From: a virus
Lineage: Duplodnaviria; Caudoviricetes
DNA: 64,000 nt
IMG/VR virus record: IMGVR_UViG_3300031665_000002
Coordinates: 981-64,980 of that record
Direction: 5' to 3' (one strand)
Below the pieces are notes generated by a model that was not told the DNA's origin, ran no database searches, and saw only the letters and a list, made by a program, of their open reading frames with translations. How positions within the stretch are numbered: the first letter of the stretch is position 1; each line of letters starts with the position of its first letter. The position numbers were made by a program, and so were the translations under genes. Shown in pieces: positions 1 through 9,677 of this stretch.

Positions 1-1083
1 GCCTGCGCGCATCTTAAAGAGCGACATTAATTCGCTCTCAGAAACGCCCGCCTTTTTCAAGCGCTCCAAAATCTCAACGGCCCCATGAATACCTGGCTGA
101 ATATTTTTAACGTCAACATGCAACGCCTTAAGCTGCTTCCTAAATTCCTTCGTCGGCCCCGAGAGTCTGGAGAATATCGACCGCATGGACGTTCCAGCCA
201 TAGACGCCTCAAGGCCGTTTGAAGCCAGCACGGCTGACAACGCCGCCGTTTCTTCGAGTGAGACATTGAACCCGGCCATGATCGGCGCAACGTATTTGAA
301 CACCTCACCCAAGTTGTTGACGTTCGTTGTTGAAATGTTTGCAGCCTTAACCAGAACATCGGTAACGCGCGTAAGGTCTTTCACTTCAAGGTTCATGGCG
401 CGCATGACCTTTGACGTGATTTCCGACGCGCGCCCCACATCAAGGTTTGCGGCCTGGGCAAGATTCATTGTCGGAATGATGGACTCATAAACTTCGTTAA
501 CGTTGAGACCGGCTTTTGCCAGCTCAACCATTCCTAGCGCGACCTCTTGCGCCATAAAGCGCCCGGACGCGGCCACGTCTTGCGCCCGCTTGCGTAACTT
601 GGCCATCTGGGCGTCTGTCGCATGTGTGACACCCAGAACCGTACTCATGTTTTGCTCAAAGTCTGCAAGCCCGGTCACGGCGAAAAACGCCCCGGCAATA
701 CCGAGAAAGGCCGTAAGCTGGGCGAGCAACGCTTTCATGTTTGATTGCACGTTCGCAATCACGGTTGCCCATAGCCCGGTTGCCACTGCCGCCGTTTTTA
801 CAACCCGCCCCGTTGTAGCCGCAGCAACATTCATGCGCTCAATAGCGACAGCGGCGGCGTTCGCCTCAGCCGTTAGCTTGGTAAACGCGCTTGCGCCTAT
901 GCCGGAGAATTGCCGCATCATTGCGGTTAGGCGGCGAAGCTCGCGGAGCATGGCCGCGAGCGTCTTGTTGATGGAAAGCGCCCCCTTATCAACGCGGCCA
1001 AGCCCGGAACGCATGCGCTTTGTTCCGGCGTCGGCCTCGCTCGTATCCATGCGAATACGGATGTTATGCGTTGTTCCCGACAT
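1..1083 (-). CDS. Tail tape measure protein, N-terminal part (runs off window start)
   Basis: Manual translation from ATG at 1083 (MSGTTHNIRIRMDTSEADAG...) with no stop seen to base 1. Contains TP901-type TMP core (ADFEQNMSTVLGVT...ELAKAGLNVNEV...LAQAANLDVGRASEI) and follows the tail chaperones. Confidence 0.88.
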   Translation of the reverse strand, partial: MSGTTHNIRIRMDTSEADAGTKRMRSGLGRVDKGALSINKTLAAMLRELRRLTAMMRQFSGIGASAFTKLTAEANAAAVAIERMNVAAATTGRVVKTAAVATGLWATVIANVQSNMKALLAQLTAFLGIAGAFFAVTGLADFEQNMSTVLGVTHATDAQMAKLRKRAQDVAASGRFMAQEVALGMVELAKAGLNVNEVYESIIPTMNLAQAANLDVGRASEITSKVMRAMNLEVKDLTRVTDVLVKAANISTTNVNNLGEVFKYVAPIMAGFNVSLEETAALSAVLASNGLEASMAGTSMRSIFSRLSGPTKEFRKQLKALHVDVKNIQPGIHGAVEILERLKKAGVSESELMSLFKMRAG

Positions 1084-1143
1084 TGGGCGAAACCTCAAGG
1101 TGAGATTTAAAGGGGACGCAACGCAACAGAACTTTACATGAAC

Positions 1144-1524
1144 TTACCCAGATTTTGACGGTGCGCCAGTGCTTTGTTTGGATAGGCGCGCCGTTCTATC
1201 CATTTCGCGCGATGTGTCTTCCAAATACACCGCATCAAGCCTGCGCATGATATCGACAAACGGCCCTAACATCCCACTGTCAAGCTGCTTGTAACGGGCG
1301 TATTCAACAATTGCCGTCCAAGGTATCGGCCCAGGTGACATGCCAATTGCGCGGCAAGTGCTTAAATCCCAGAACGACTGTAAGTAAAACTCATCACCAG
1401 GAAACAAAGGCGGCTCGTCTTCGTACCAGTCAGGGAGCGGCTTGCGCTTTGCAATAGCGGCTTCAATCTGCCAACCATCACGCGACAAGCGCAACTCCCA
1501 GACAAGCCGCTCTTCTAGTTTCCC
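1144..1524 (-). CDS. Tail assembly chaperone, C-terminal (gpT-like) frame reached by -1 frameshift
   Basis: ORF 1144..1494 extends without a stop back to the slippery heptamer (GKLEERLVWELRLSRDGW...). Lies between the chaperone and TMP; has a PIPWTAIVEYA motif. Confidence 0.8.
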   Translation of the reverse strand, partial: GKLEERLVWELRLSRDGWQIEAAIAKRKPLPDWYEDEPPLFPGDEFYLQSFWDLSTCRAIGMSPGPIPWTAIVEYARYKQLDSGMLGPFVDIMRRLDAVYLEDTSREMDRTARLSKQSTGAPSKSG

Positions 1525-1967
1525 GCGACTTCCTCAGTGTTAACGCGCGGCTCATCCTCATCAAGGAAGCTGTCTTCGCTTTCGAAAAAGTCGCGCATGT
1601 CATCGAACATGTATTCCGGTATCTTTGCGCAGAACTGTTCACCGTTTTCAACGCTGAACGGGACTTCAGAACCGGCAACATCTGGCATGTTTTCCCAACC
1701 AACAAACACAAACTTAGGGAAAAGCCTCTTCAATACTCTGCGTTGCGCGGACATAAGTTCCGGCGTCAAGCGCCCCTTGCGCATTGTGCGGCTTCGTGAG
1801 CCCATTTCTTTCATGTACGCGTTAAAGAACGGCTTGTTATCCTGCGTCGCCGGACGCCCGATAATCACAACGGGCTTCTTCGGGTCAACCCCTTCAACTC
1901 GATCAACTTCATAACGCGCCGTCTTTTCAGCAACAGCGAGCTTATCAAGATTGGAAAAATCAGCCAT
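1515..1967 (-). CDS. Tail assembly chaperone (gpG-like)
   Basis: 150 aa between tail tube and TMP; ends in GCG GGA AAC TAG. Confidence 0.8.
   Translation of the reverse strand: MADFSNLDKLAVAEKTARYEVDRVEGVDPKKPVVIIGRPATQDNKPFFNAYMKEMGSRSRTMRKGRLTPELMSAQRRVLKRLFPKFVFVGWENMPDVAGSEVPFSVENGEQFCAKIPEYMFDDMRDFFESEDSFLDEDEPRVNTEEVAGN
1518..1524 (-). other. -1 programmed ribosomal frameshift heptamer GGGAAAC
   Basis: X XXY YYZ heptamer immediately before the stop; the -1 frame is continuous with the downstream ORF. Confidence 0.85.
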
Positions 1968-2025
1968 TGATACCCCTTAGCGTGGTTGCGGGCGACACAA
2001 CGCCGCCCGCTTGTCGTGGCCTGGA

Positions 2026-3603
2026 TTAAGTTGTGGTGGGCGCTGGCGCTGCCGGGAACAGCGACACGCTAAGGGAAGTCCCCAGCGTGCTATCCATATG
2101 AGCCATCCCCTTTAACTTAATCCCGACTGATTTATCTTTTTCCAGATTCTGGCTACCGTCGCCAAGTGTCATGGACGGGATATCAACGCCTATAGCGCCG
2201 TCGGTTTCCTCATACAGGACAAAGGCCAATCCACAAGTTGTTGAATTTCGAATGGCTGGCATCACATCGGAATTCGTGAACAGCGCTTCAAAATCAAGCT
2301 CAACGCCAAAGTTACCCGTATTCAGATACTTTGCGCCAAGCGTGCCCAGCACTTTTTCGGGCGAAACCCGGTTCATAATCTTGACGGTAAGATTCCGGAA
2401 ATCCGTTGTTAGACCGGATTCATCAACACCAAGAACGGTGAGCCGCGCAATATCTGCCGACGTGCTGAATTCAGACACTTTCAGCGGCTCAATTGCGCTT
2501 GACGCCCCGGTTTTCCGCGTTGTTGTTGGGTCTTGCGTGTCCGTCCCGATAAAGCCCATTGTCATTGTTGCTTTATCGGCGAGCGGCAAATCAAACGTCC
2601 ATTCGTCAGCGTAGTTGCCGCGCGCATAGCTGTACATCGTTGATCCGCCGCTATCCAAATTCGGCTTTGCTTGCTCAACGTGATATGACGCTTCAAGGTA
2701 AGCGCTATCGTCAACGGCGACGCTGCGAATGTACCGGCCAAACAACAAATCGGTTGCAACCAGGTTCCCCGAGTTGCCGTCGTCTGTGCCATCGGACGCC
2801 ACAAGAGTTGATTCCATGCGATTTAACGTCAGCGACGCCGCCGCAATGGCCATTACACGCGCATAGCCATAAGAGCGCGTGCCGTCACCGGCAGCCGTTG
2901 AGCCAAAACGGTAGGTGTCAGACAGCCCGCCAACGTGGATAAGCTGGCCGACAGTAAGCCCTAACGTGGTAAAATCGATGTTGTTTGAGGCGGAATTGTT
3001 ACCGCTTGATAGCGTGCCCGTTGTGCCAGACACGGCAAGCGCCAAGTCGCCAGCCTCGGCGCGAATGCCGCACAACTCAACCAGGGCGTTAGTTGGCGCG
3101 GTCTCCGCCGCATTGCCTGCAACGGCAAGCGTTGTGTCAGTCAATGCCAGATCGGCGGAAAGCGGCTTAATCCCATTATTTGCGCTTGTCGCGTAGCCGC
3201 GCGCCTTCACAAGAGAGATAGGCCCGCCAGCGGTATACTGGAATTTTTCCGCCTGGTCAGCGGTTGCCGCTGAAATCGTGTAACCGCTTGTTGTAGCGTT
3301 GACGCCCTCAAAGCGGGTGTCGTTGTTCGTGGCCGTAGCCATTACGAACGTTTCAACCATGTCTTCGAAGTGCGACATCACCAAATCAACCTTGATTTCC
3401 ACGCCGGAATCAAGGTCGGTGACCTTGCCCTTACGGGCTTGGCGGTTTTTCGAAATTGGATTCCGAGCCACCGACTTAAACTCGTTACCAAACTTCGAAA
3501 CTTCGTCCGGCTCCATAGTGCGCCAACCGGTTGTTGCTGGCGTTTTAAGTGCTGTCTCACGCACAAACGCGTAAGAAGTGTTGTTAGTCAAAACGCGGCC
3601 CAT
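2026..3603 (-). CDS. Major tail tube protein
   Basis: 525 aa, Thr/Ala/Gly-rich. N-terminus (RETALKTP...ARNPISKNRQARKGKVTDLD) is typical of siphovirus tube proteins; synteny agrees. Confidence 0.8.
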   Translation of the reverse strand: MGRVLTNNTSYAFVRETALKTPATTGWRTMEPDEVSKFGNEFKSVARNPISKNRQARKGKVTDLDSGVEIKVDLVMSHFEDMVETFVMATATNNDTRFEGVNATTSGYTISAATADQAEKFQYTAGGPISLVKARGYATSANNGIKPLSADLALTDTTLAVAGNAAETAPTNALVELCGIRAEAGDLALAVSGTTGTLSSGNNSASNNIDFTTLGLTVGQLIHVGGLSDTYRFGSTAAGDGTRSYGYARVMAIAAASLTLNRMESTLVASDGTDDGNSGNLVATDLLFGRYIRSVAVDDSAYLEASYHVEQAKPNLDSGGSTMYSYARGNYADEWTFDLPLADKATMTMGFIGTDTQDPTTTRKTGASSAIEPLKVSEFSTSADIARLTVLGVDESGLTTDFRNLTVKIMNRVSPEKVLGTLGAKYLNTGNFGVELDFEALFTNSDVMPAIRNSTTCGLAFVLYEETDGAIGVDIPSMTLGDGSQNLEKDKSVGIKLKGMAHMDSTLGTSLSVSLFPAAPAPTTT

Positions 3604-3612
3604 GGCATTACC

Positions 3613-4035
3613 TCACTTCGTTTCATAGAATTTAATTTCAGCGAAGGCGTTCACCCGATACCATAGGCCCTCGTTACCGCTTTCGATTACTTGGCAGTTG
3701 AAACAATATACCCCCGAAAACTTTTCACCCTCGAAAGCATCTCTAAATATTCGCGCAAGTTCATCTGCGCGTTGCTCGCCCCTGTCTGGTAACGCGTAAA
3801 TCATTAGAATGATTTGCCCAATTCGTTCATATTTGCGCGAGCCTTTTTTACCTAATGTCTCTTGTCCGCCGCCTGGAATTTCCCTAACCAGAAGCCGCAC
3901 CCAGGATGCAGCCGAAGCGCCCGTTGCTTCCGGCGGCGTGAACTCTTCATTGCCAAACACATAAGCGGTCTCACTGCCCCACTCAGTGATAAAGCGCGAG
4001 TAAATCGCCTCTTTTGCTTCATTGGGCGTCGTCAT
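3613..4035 (-). CDS. Tail terminator protein
   Basis: 140 aa directly upstream of the tail tube; SWVRL...GQ.TLG...R.YER.G motif. Confidence 0.65.
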   Translation of the reverse strand: MTTPNEAKEAIYSRFITEWGSETAYVFGNEEFTPPEATGASAASWVRLLVREIPGGGQETLGKKGSRKYERIGQIILMIYALPDRGEQRADELARIFRDAFEGEKFSGVYCFNCQVIESGNEGLWYRVNAFAEIKFYETK

Positions 4036-4433
4036 GCCGCCCCCACGCCAGCCTTGCCGGTCACGCTCTCAACTCCGCGCCGAATGGATTCTTCTACCCA
4101 GCCTTCAGGCGCTTGCGGCGAATGCCCCTCGTTCAGCGCCTGGATGTAGGGGACGTTATTCGAGATCCATACATCTCCCTTTTTCACGTCGTAAACCAGC
4201 AGACGACCAATCCCTAAAGACTGCTCTAACGTGCTTACGTTCTCGCGCGCTCCGGAAACGCCCTCATGTGGCGCGCCAATCGAAACAATCCAGTTTGCCC
4301 GGCTCCACCCGGTCGCTACCGGGTTTTGCATGACAAGTTCGCCGTGAACCGCAAAGGCAACGCGCTTTACCGTGTCGGATATAACCCTTCGCAGCTTCGC
4401 AACCGTCTTGTCAGCTTCGCTTGTCGCGGCCAT
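4032..4433 (-). CDS. Tail completion/neck protein (HK97 gp10-like)
   Basis: NPVATGWSRANW and WISNNVPYIQALNEGHSPQAPEGWV motifs. Confidence 0.75.
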   Translation of the reverse strand: MAATSEADKTVAKLRRVISDTVKRVAFAVHGELVMQNPVATGWSRANWIVSIGAPHEGVSGARENVSTLEQSLGIGRLLVYDVKKGDVWISNNVPYIQALNEGHSPQAPEGWVEESIRRGVESVTGKAGVGAA

Positions 4434-4452
4434 TGGTTTCCTACCTATCGCG

Positions 4453-4962
4453 CTAAGCGGTCAGCTCAGCCCAATGCATGGCGATACCCACCGGCTGGGC
4501 ACCCGCGTTTAAATTCGTCGCCCTTATCAAATAGTCGCCAGCGTCAAGAATAAAGCTACCTTGCGGCATTGCACCGGCAACGCTCGCCAGATCATCAGAT
4601 AGCAGCGTTCCGGCGGCGCTTACCGTCGGCCCGGAGAAGGCCGCACAATTGGCCGTTTCCGTTGATGCCCGGTTTTTATTAATCTCCGCAAGCGCCGCAC
4701 CGTCTGCCGAGGTTGTCGGCCCGTCATAAACGCGCAACCGCGCCTCAGCGATGCCGCCGAGACGCGGCGACACAATCGCAATGTAACCGCTGGCAACCCT
4801 AAAGAGCATATCCATATCAGTTGCCGCGCCAAGCGTGGCGTTAACCAGGGAAGCAACGAAGGCTACGCCCTTACTCATGTAAAAACGTTCTTCTGTCGTG
4901 ACGGCGAGCAAGCCCGTTGTCTCGTCCATGCTCTTTTTTACAAAAACGCTGCTTCCGCTCAT
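4453..4962 (-). CDS. Hypothetical protein, probably virion-associated
   Basis: 169 aa, beta-rich composition, within the morphogenesis operon. Confidence 0.55.
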   Translation of the reverse strand: MSGSSVFVKKSMDETTGLLAVTTEERFYMSKGVAFVASLVNATLGAATDMDMLFRVASGYIAIVSPRLGGIAEARLRVYDGPTTSADGAALAEINKNRASTETANCAAFSGPTVSAAGTLLSDDLASVAGAMPQGSFILDAGDYLIRATNLNAGAQPVGIAMHWAELTA

Positions 4963-4977
4963 GTCATCACCTGTTGG

Positions 4978-5574
4978 TTAGACGGTTTCTGTCTCTTTGG
5001 CGTTCGCCGGTTCGTCGTATTCGTCCAGCTCATCCGGCGAAGCATCATTCAACTGCGCGCCCACCGGCTCATCATCGCCGGACTCTGCCGCGTCAAGCGC
5101 CACACCTAGCACGGGGTCAGGATTGGTTGACGCGGCGCTTTCCGGCACATCTTGTAGTGTGTCAGATAACGGCAATTCATCGCCCGTTGTCGAGGTGCTT
5201 TCGCCGCGCAATTCGGCGAGCAACGCATTTGCAGCAGCTTCACCGCGCACGTTGCGAATAAGCTTTCCGCCATGCCACACGGCGAACCAACCCTTAGCTT
5301 TTGGCACAAGGCCGCCCGCCGGATCGGTAATGGTTTCTTCTTCTTTGCCGCTGTTTTCAGCGCTTGGCGCGCTTGGCGCGGCGTTATCCGGCGCGCTTGG
5401 CGCGACATCATACGGAGGAACAATCTTGCGGCGCGCAAACATTTGGTGATAGTCGCGCTCATCCACGCCCGCGCGCGGCACCGGCTCGCCTTGCTTGTAT
5501 TCTTTGCCTGCCACAGTGATGTGGCGACGGGCGACATAAACCACTCGCGGGTCATAAACGGCTGGTAAGGCCAT
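4978..5574 (-). CDS. Hypothetical protein after major capsid gene (acidic C-terminus)
   Basis: Start reassigned to MALPAVYDP at 5574; about 198 aa. Confidence 0.55.
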   Translation of the reverse strand: MALPAVYDPRVVYVARRHITVAGKEYKQGEPVPRAGVDERDYHQMFARRKIVPPYDVAPSAPDNAAPSAPSAENSGKEEETITDPAGGLVPKAKGWFAVWHGGKLIRNVRGEAAANALLAELRGESTSTTGDELPLSDTLQDVPESAASTNPDPVLGVALDAAESGDDEPVGAQLNDASPDELDEYDEPANAKETETV

Positions 5575-5697
5575 GTGTGTCTGTCTCCTATTGGCTGGAC
5601 CGCGAAGCGGCGCCGGTGGCCAAACCGGCGCCAGACCACGCGGGGGTTTAACGCAATACAAAAAACGCAATACTTAAACGCACACAACAAAACTCAA

Positions 5698-6789
5698 TTA
5701 CGCAACAGCGGTGGCCATGTACAAACCAAGGTCAGCCATAACAACTTTATGAACAAACGCAGACTCCATTTCGATACGGTCGGAGTGAATGCCGTCCATG
5801 CGATATTTAAGCATGCGTGAACCTTGACGGCTCGCCCCTGTGTACCCGGACCAATTAAACGTATAACCAGCAGTCGGCGTTAGGGTGCTTGGGGTTGGCG
5901 TTGAGTAGCACAGCAGCGCCCCCTTGCCAGCAATGAAGCTGTAGGCCGCCGTCTGGCCTTCCGCCGCCGTATTCTGGATGGCGTTTGCAACAAGCACTTC
6001 CTCGACCTCGAAAAGCTGGGCAAGAATGCGCAAGTTAGTAATTGCCGGATTGCCCGTCGTAGAGCCACCCTTTACGCGGTCTACAATGTCCGGATGGTCA
6101 ACCAGATAATCGTATGTCGCACGGCCAAGCACCAGCTTATTAGGCTCAATGCCGGTAAGCTCAGCAATGGTGCGCTTGTACTCGCGAATGTCCTCAATCG
6201 GCGTTGAGGCCGCGTTGTTCCATTGCAGAAACTGATTTGCGCCAGGCGCGGCGGCAACGCCCGTGCGGTCATTGGTCCACACGCCCGTTGTGAAGTAGGT
6301 TGAAACGAACAGAATTTCGCGCTTAAGCAAGTCTTGATGCGTCAACAGCAGGGTTGCGTCACGATCTGGGGAAATTACCGTATCGGCATTTGCTCGCGTC
6401 TGATCGTCGATATCATGGTGGATAGCGTAAACCGGGCAATAGTATGTGTTGGTCATATCGACCGCATAGCCGATGCCCGCCGATTCCGTGCTTGGCGCAC
6501 GAACTTGCATTTCAGAGCGCGTAAAGAAGTCGCGCCCGTATGATGCATACACATCAGATTGTTTCGTTACCGGAATTCCGGGAAACACCCGGCCAGCAAC
6601 AAACCGGCTTGCATCCTGAACACAAGCAACGCTGATGTTTGTCAACAGGGAGTTAACGTGCACATCCGATGATGTCGGCTGCGCTTTGAGAACGGCGACC
6701 GTCTGGCCGTCCGCGAGCTTCACAAGCTGGAACGCGTCATTGACGGGGAACCCCATCCCGAACGCGCTTTTAGAAACGATAGCATTCAT
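5698..6789 (-). CDS. Major capsid protein (HK97 fold, phage capsid E-like)
   Basis: 363 aa; LLTNISVA...FVAGRVFP.IPV.KQSD.Y motif; follows protease, scaffold and decoration genes. Confidence 0.88.
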   Translation of the reverse strand: MNAIVSKSAFGMGFPVNDAFQLVKLADGQTVAVLKAQPTSSDVHVNSLLTNISVACVQDASRFVAGRVFPGIPVTKQSDVYASYGRDFFTRSEMQVRAPSTESAGIGYAVDMTNTYYCPVYAIHHDIDDQTRANADTVISPDRDATLLLTHQDLLKREILFVSTYFTTGVWTNDRTGVAAAPGANQFLQWNNAASTPIEDIREYKRTIAELTGIEPNKLVLGRATYDYLVDHPDIVDRVKGGSTTGNPAITNLRILAQLFEVEEVLVANAIQNTAAEGQTAAYSFIAGKGALLCYSTPTPSTLTPTAGYTFNWSGYTGASRQGSRMLKYRMDGIHSDRIEMESAFVHKVVMADLGLYMATAVA

Positions 6790-6855
6790 GTTTACTTTTC
6801 CTCTAGCTTCCGGTGTCGAAACGCCGGGATGAACGTTTTAGGCCGTCGAACGCGG

Positions 6856-7224
6856 TTAGCCTGCAACCATGCCGTGAGTAATCATTACGCGCGCATAGTC
6901 GCCTGATGCCGCAGTATCAAGTGCAACACCAAGTATGTAGTTTGTGTCGGTTGTCGTGGCGATCACCGCACCGCCCGTGGTGGCCGTGACTTTATCGTTT
7001 TGCGTGATGGCTCCACCGGCCAACACTTTGACGATACCGCCATAAGCAACGGTTGCCGTCTGGCCGCTTTCCGGGTTGTTCTGGAGCACCCCAAGAATAG
7101 GCGCGGTTGCCGCAGCGGCAGAAACTACGGTGTTAACGCCCGTCATTTTCACACACGTGAATTGCAGCGCCGACAGATCGGCACCCGCAACAAAGCTTTC
7201 ACATACTAAGTTTGACTGTCTCAT
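6856..7224 (-). CDS. Capsid cement/decoration protein (DUF2190-like)
   Basis: 122 aa; ILGVLQNNPESGQTATVAYGGIVKV.AGGAI motif directly upstream of the MCP. Confidence 0.75.
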   Translation of the reverse strand: MRQSNLVCESFVAGADLSALQFTCVKMTGVNTVVSAAAATAPILGVLQNNPESGQTATVAYGGIVKVLAGGAITQNDKVTATTGGAVIATTTDTNYILGVALDTAASGDYARVMITHGMVAG

Positions 7225-7315
7225 GTGATGAATTCCCTATGGTTCACCGTTTAACATTTGCGCTTGGCGCGCTTGGCGCGCTTGAGATGCGCGCCAAGCG
7301 TGACACCGGAAGGCT

Positions 7316-8662
7316 TTAGTGATGGTGCTGTGACGGGTTAGCCTCTTCGTAAAGCTTGGCACCGAGCGGAGTCATCAGAACATCAGCCATTGCCTTTTCG
7401 TAGGTAACGCCGGTTTCTGCTTTCTCCAGCCGCGAGTTGACAAGCTTGTTCAGCTCTTCATGCGCGGTCATCGCCGAACTTCCAACGGCTGGCACACCGG
7501 CGAATTTGCGCACGGCGGCGAATTGCTCCGCTCCGACCATCAGCGCGTCAAGCGCGGTTTTCCTGGCCTCGCCGTCAAGCTTCATGATGGCTTGTACCAT
7601 GACGCGCTTTTCTTCAACCGGCTTGCCGATATGGGCGAGCTTGGCAACAACGCGCTCGACTTCCTCGGCATCAGATGTGGCCTTCGTTGTTTCGAGCACG
7701 GTTTTAAGCGTGGCGTTTTCTTTGGCGATGTCATCAAGACGCTTTGCAAGAGCAATGGCGGCTGTGCCATCGGACTTGCGCAGCTCCAGACCGTCGCTTG
7801 TCGTATAGACCACGGGATCATCACCGCGCGATTTCTCGATGATTGCATTGCGCCCCGAGGCGTCAGCTTTAATAAAAACCTCGCGGGCATCGCCGGAAAG
7901 CTTGGCAAGATGCGCCTTTTGCGTGTCTGTCATCTCTGCAATGGCGGTCATCTCCGCCAGTTTCTTTTCAAGTTCAGCGTTCGCCATGTCTTCATGCTCC
8001 TGGTTGGCGGTTTCAGACTTCTTTGCGCCGCCGAGAATATCGGCAAGCACGCCGTCGGACGGCAGCGCGTCCAATGCTCCAAGCGCGCAAGCGCGCGCCC
8101 GAATATGCAGGGCGCTTGCGCGTTTGTTCTTTGGCGCTTGCCCAAATGCTTTAATCGCGTCGTCTAGATCGTCAGTGTTGCGGATCGGATAAGAGCCATC
8201 CGGAAGGGCGACGCCACGCCGCGCAAGGTTGCGGCGCTCCTGGCTAGATAGCTTTGCGACCTCAAGCCCAAGCTCTTCAACTGTCTCGCCCATCGCCGCC
8301 AGTTCATGAGTATGACCAGCGGCCGCGCCAATGGTGACGTTGCCGTCACCATCGACAACGTAAGGGTGCGAATGGTGCGGCCAAAACGGCCCGTTAGGCC
8401 CTTCCCGCTCTACTGGCGCGGATTGCGTTTCGCCCCCGCCCTTCACCCGGCTGTAGTCATCCAGGCTTATAAGGTGCGCATGCCCGGCAACATCCGTTGT
8501 CAAGAGCATATCGCCGCCCTTTTCGATGCCGTCCAATATGTCCGGCGCGCCATCGTCACGCTTCATAATCAGCATACGCGCGCCCTTCTGGGCGGGTTTG
8601 GTAACGGCGGAAATCTCATTGATCGAGAATTGCCGCATGATGCGCTTTTCATTCTTTGCCAT
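7316..8662 (-). CDS. Prohead scaffold / protease-like fusion protein
   Basis: 448 aa. N-terminus resembles a prohead protease fragment (INEISAVTKPAQKGARMLIMKR), followed by His-rich repeats, an ALPDGSYPIRN..DL..AI module and a coiled-coil C-terminus. Confidence 0.65.
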   Translation of the reverse strand: MAKNEKRIMRQFSINEISAVTKPAQKGARMLIMKRDDGAPDILDGIEKGGDMLLTTDVAGHAHLISLDDYSRVKGGGETQSAPVEREGPNGPFWPHHSHPYVVDGDGNVTIGAAAGHTHELAAMGETVEELGLEVAKLSSQERRNLARRGVALPDGSYPIRNTDDLDDAIKAFGQAPKNKRASALHIRARACALGALDALPSDGVLADILGGAKKSETANQEHEDMANAELEKKLAEMTAIAEMTDTQKAHLAKLSGDAREVFIKADASGRNAIIEKSRGDDPVVYTTSDGLELRKSDGTAAIALAKRLDDIAKENATLKTVLETTKATSDAEEVERVVAKLAHIGKPVEEKRVMVQAIMKLDGEARKTALDALMVGAEQFAAVRKFAGVPAVGSSAMTAHEELNKLVNSRLEKAETGVTYEKAMADVLMTPLGAKLYEEANPSQHHH

Positions 8663-9072
8663 TATGCGGCCTCATCGATTTCACGCCGACCGCCGATGGA
8701 AAAGCCCGTGTAAGTGCCATCGCTGAACTTCTCCAGCGTGGACTTGCGCAAGGGCTTTACCCCAATCATAAGGCCGGTTGTTTTCGTGGTGATGCCAAAC
8801 GCCTTGGCAACATCGGCAGTCATCGGGAAGGCGAACACGATAGAGCCGCCCTCGTCGCTTTCGTGCATATCGCCCAACGTCCGACTATGTTCCATGAAGT
8901 CGGCGGACGCCTTCAGCATGGCATCTTCCGGAATGTGGTCCCCTTGCGTGTCGAAGTAGTCTTCGCCATCGACTTTCGAGACCATCGCCCAGCCGAAGAC
9001 AATCCCAAGGCTTGCATCAACCTTGATTACCTCGGCGCGCGATTCCCACGTTTCTATTTTCTCAGTCATCAT
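8662..9072 (-). CDS. XkdF-like putative prohead serine protease
   Basis: LGIVFGWAMV...YFDTQGDHI...GDMH...YTGFSIGG motifs. Confidence 0.8.
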   Translation of the reverse strand: MMTEKIETWESRAEVIKVDASLGIVFGWAMVSKVDGEDYFDTQGDHIPEDAMLKASADFMEHSRTLGDMHESDEGGSIVFAFPMTADVAKAFGITTKTTGLMIGVKPLRKSTLEKFSDGTYTGFSIGGRREIDEAA

Positions 9073-9134
9073 TGCCCCTTATGGCCTAACAACTTGTGGT
9101 GCGGCAGGGGAACGCCCCTGCCGATAGGCGCGCC

Positions 9135-9677
9135 TTAAGACACTTCGCCGAGATCGTAATAGAACATCGTTACCCCGCCGCTGGTGAAGGTCAGCGTTGC
9201 GGCTGGCGTCGTGGTGATAGCAGCGTTGACAAATAGCTTGTTCGTGCTGGCGGCATCCTTGAACACCAAAGCAGGCGTTGTGTTATCGAAGGAATGCCCC
9301 TTAATAGTCGCAGTCTGGGCGGCCCCGGTAGCTGCAACCGCTTCCATGTAATCAATGGCCGTTGTCGCCAATGGTGTTGCGGCAGCGGTTGCCGAACCCA
9401 GGCCAACGGTAAGATTTGTCGCAACCAGCGTTCCAGATAGGGTTGCGACAGCATCAATCATGAAGCCCGCAATAAGCATGTTGGTATCGGGGAAAGTGGC
9501 GATTTGCAGGCCGCCAAAATCGTCAGCCGCCGCAATGTCAACCACCAGACCAGAGAGACCAAGCACCGCCTTTTGCAACGGAAGCGCGTATTTTGTCAGC
9601 ACGGAGCTATTAGCAACTGCGACCGGCAAACCATCAAGCATGGTTGATGCGCCGACCAGAAGGCGAGCTTTAGACAT
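9135..9677 (-). CDS. Hypothetical virion protein
   Basis: Start reassigned to MSKARLL at 9677; Ala/Thr-rich; in the head operon. Confidence 0.55.
   Translation of the reverse strand: MSKARLLVGASTMLDGLPVAVANSSVLTKYALPLQKAVLGLSGLVVDIAAADDFGGLQIATFPDTNMLIAGFMIDAVATLSGTLVATNLTVGLGSATAAATPLATTAIDYMEAVAATGAAQTATIKGHSFDNTTPALVFKDAASTNKLFVNAAITTTPAATLTFTSGGVTMFYYDLGEVS

Noticed and set aside
185-1141. Plus-strand ORFs opposite structural genes (and similar antisense ORFs throughout)
   Set aside because: These are shadow ORFs of GC-rich minus-strand genes, with no motifs or SD sequences.
7261-7300. GCTTGGCGC tandem/hairpin repeat as an iteron or mobile element
   Set aside because: Short GC-rich intergenic hairpin, best explained as an mRNA stability or processing element; the similar motif at 5361 simply encodes APSAPS.
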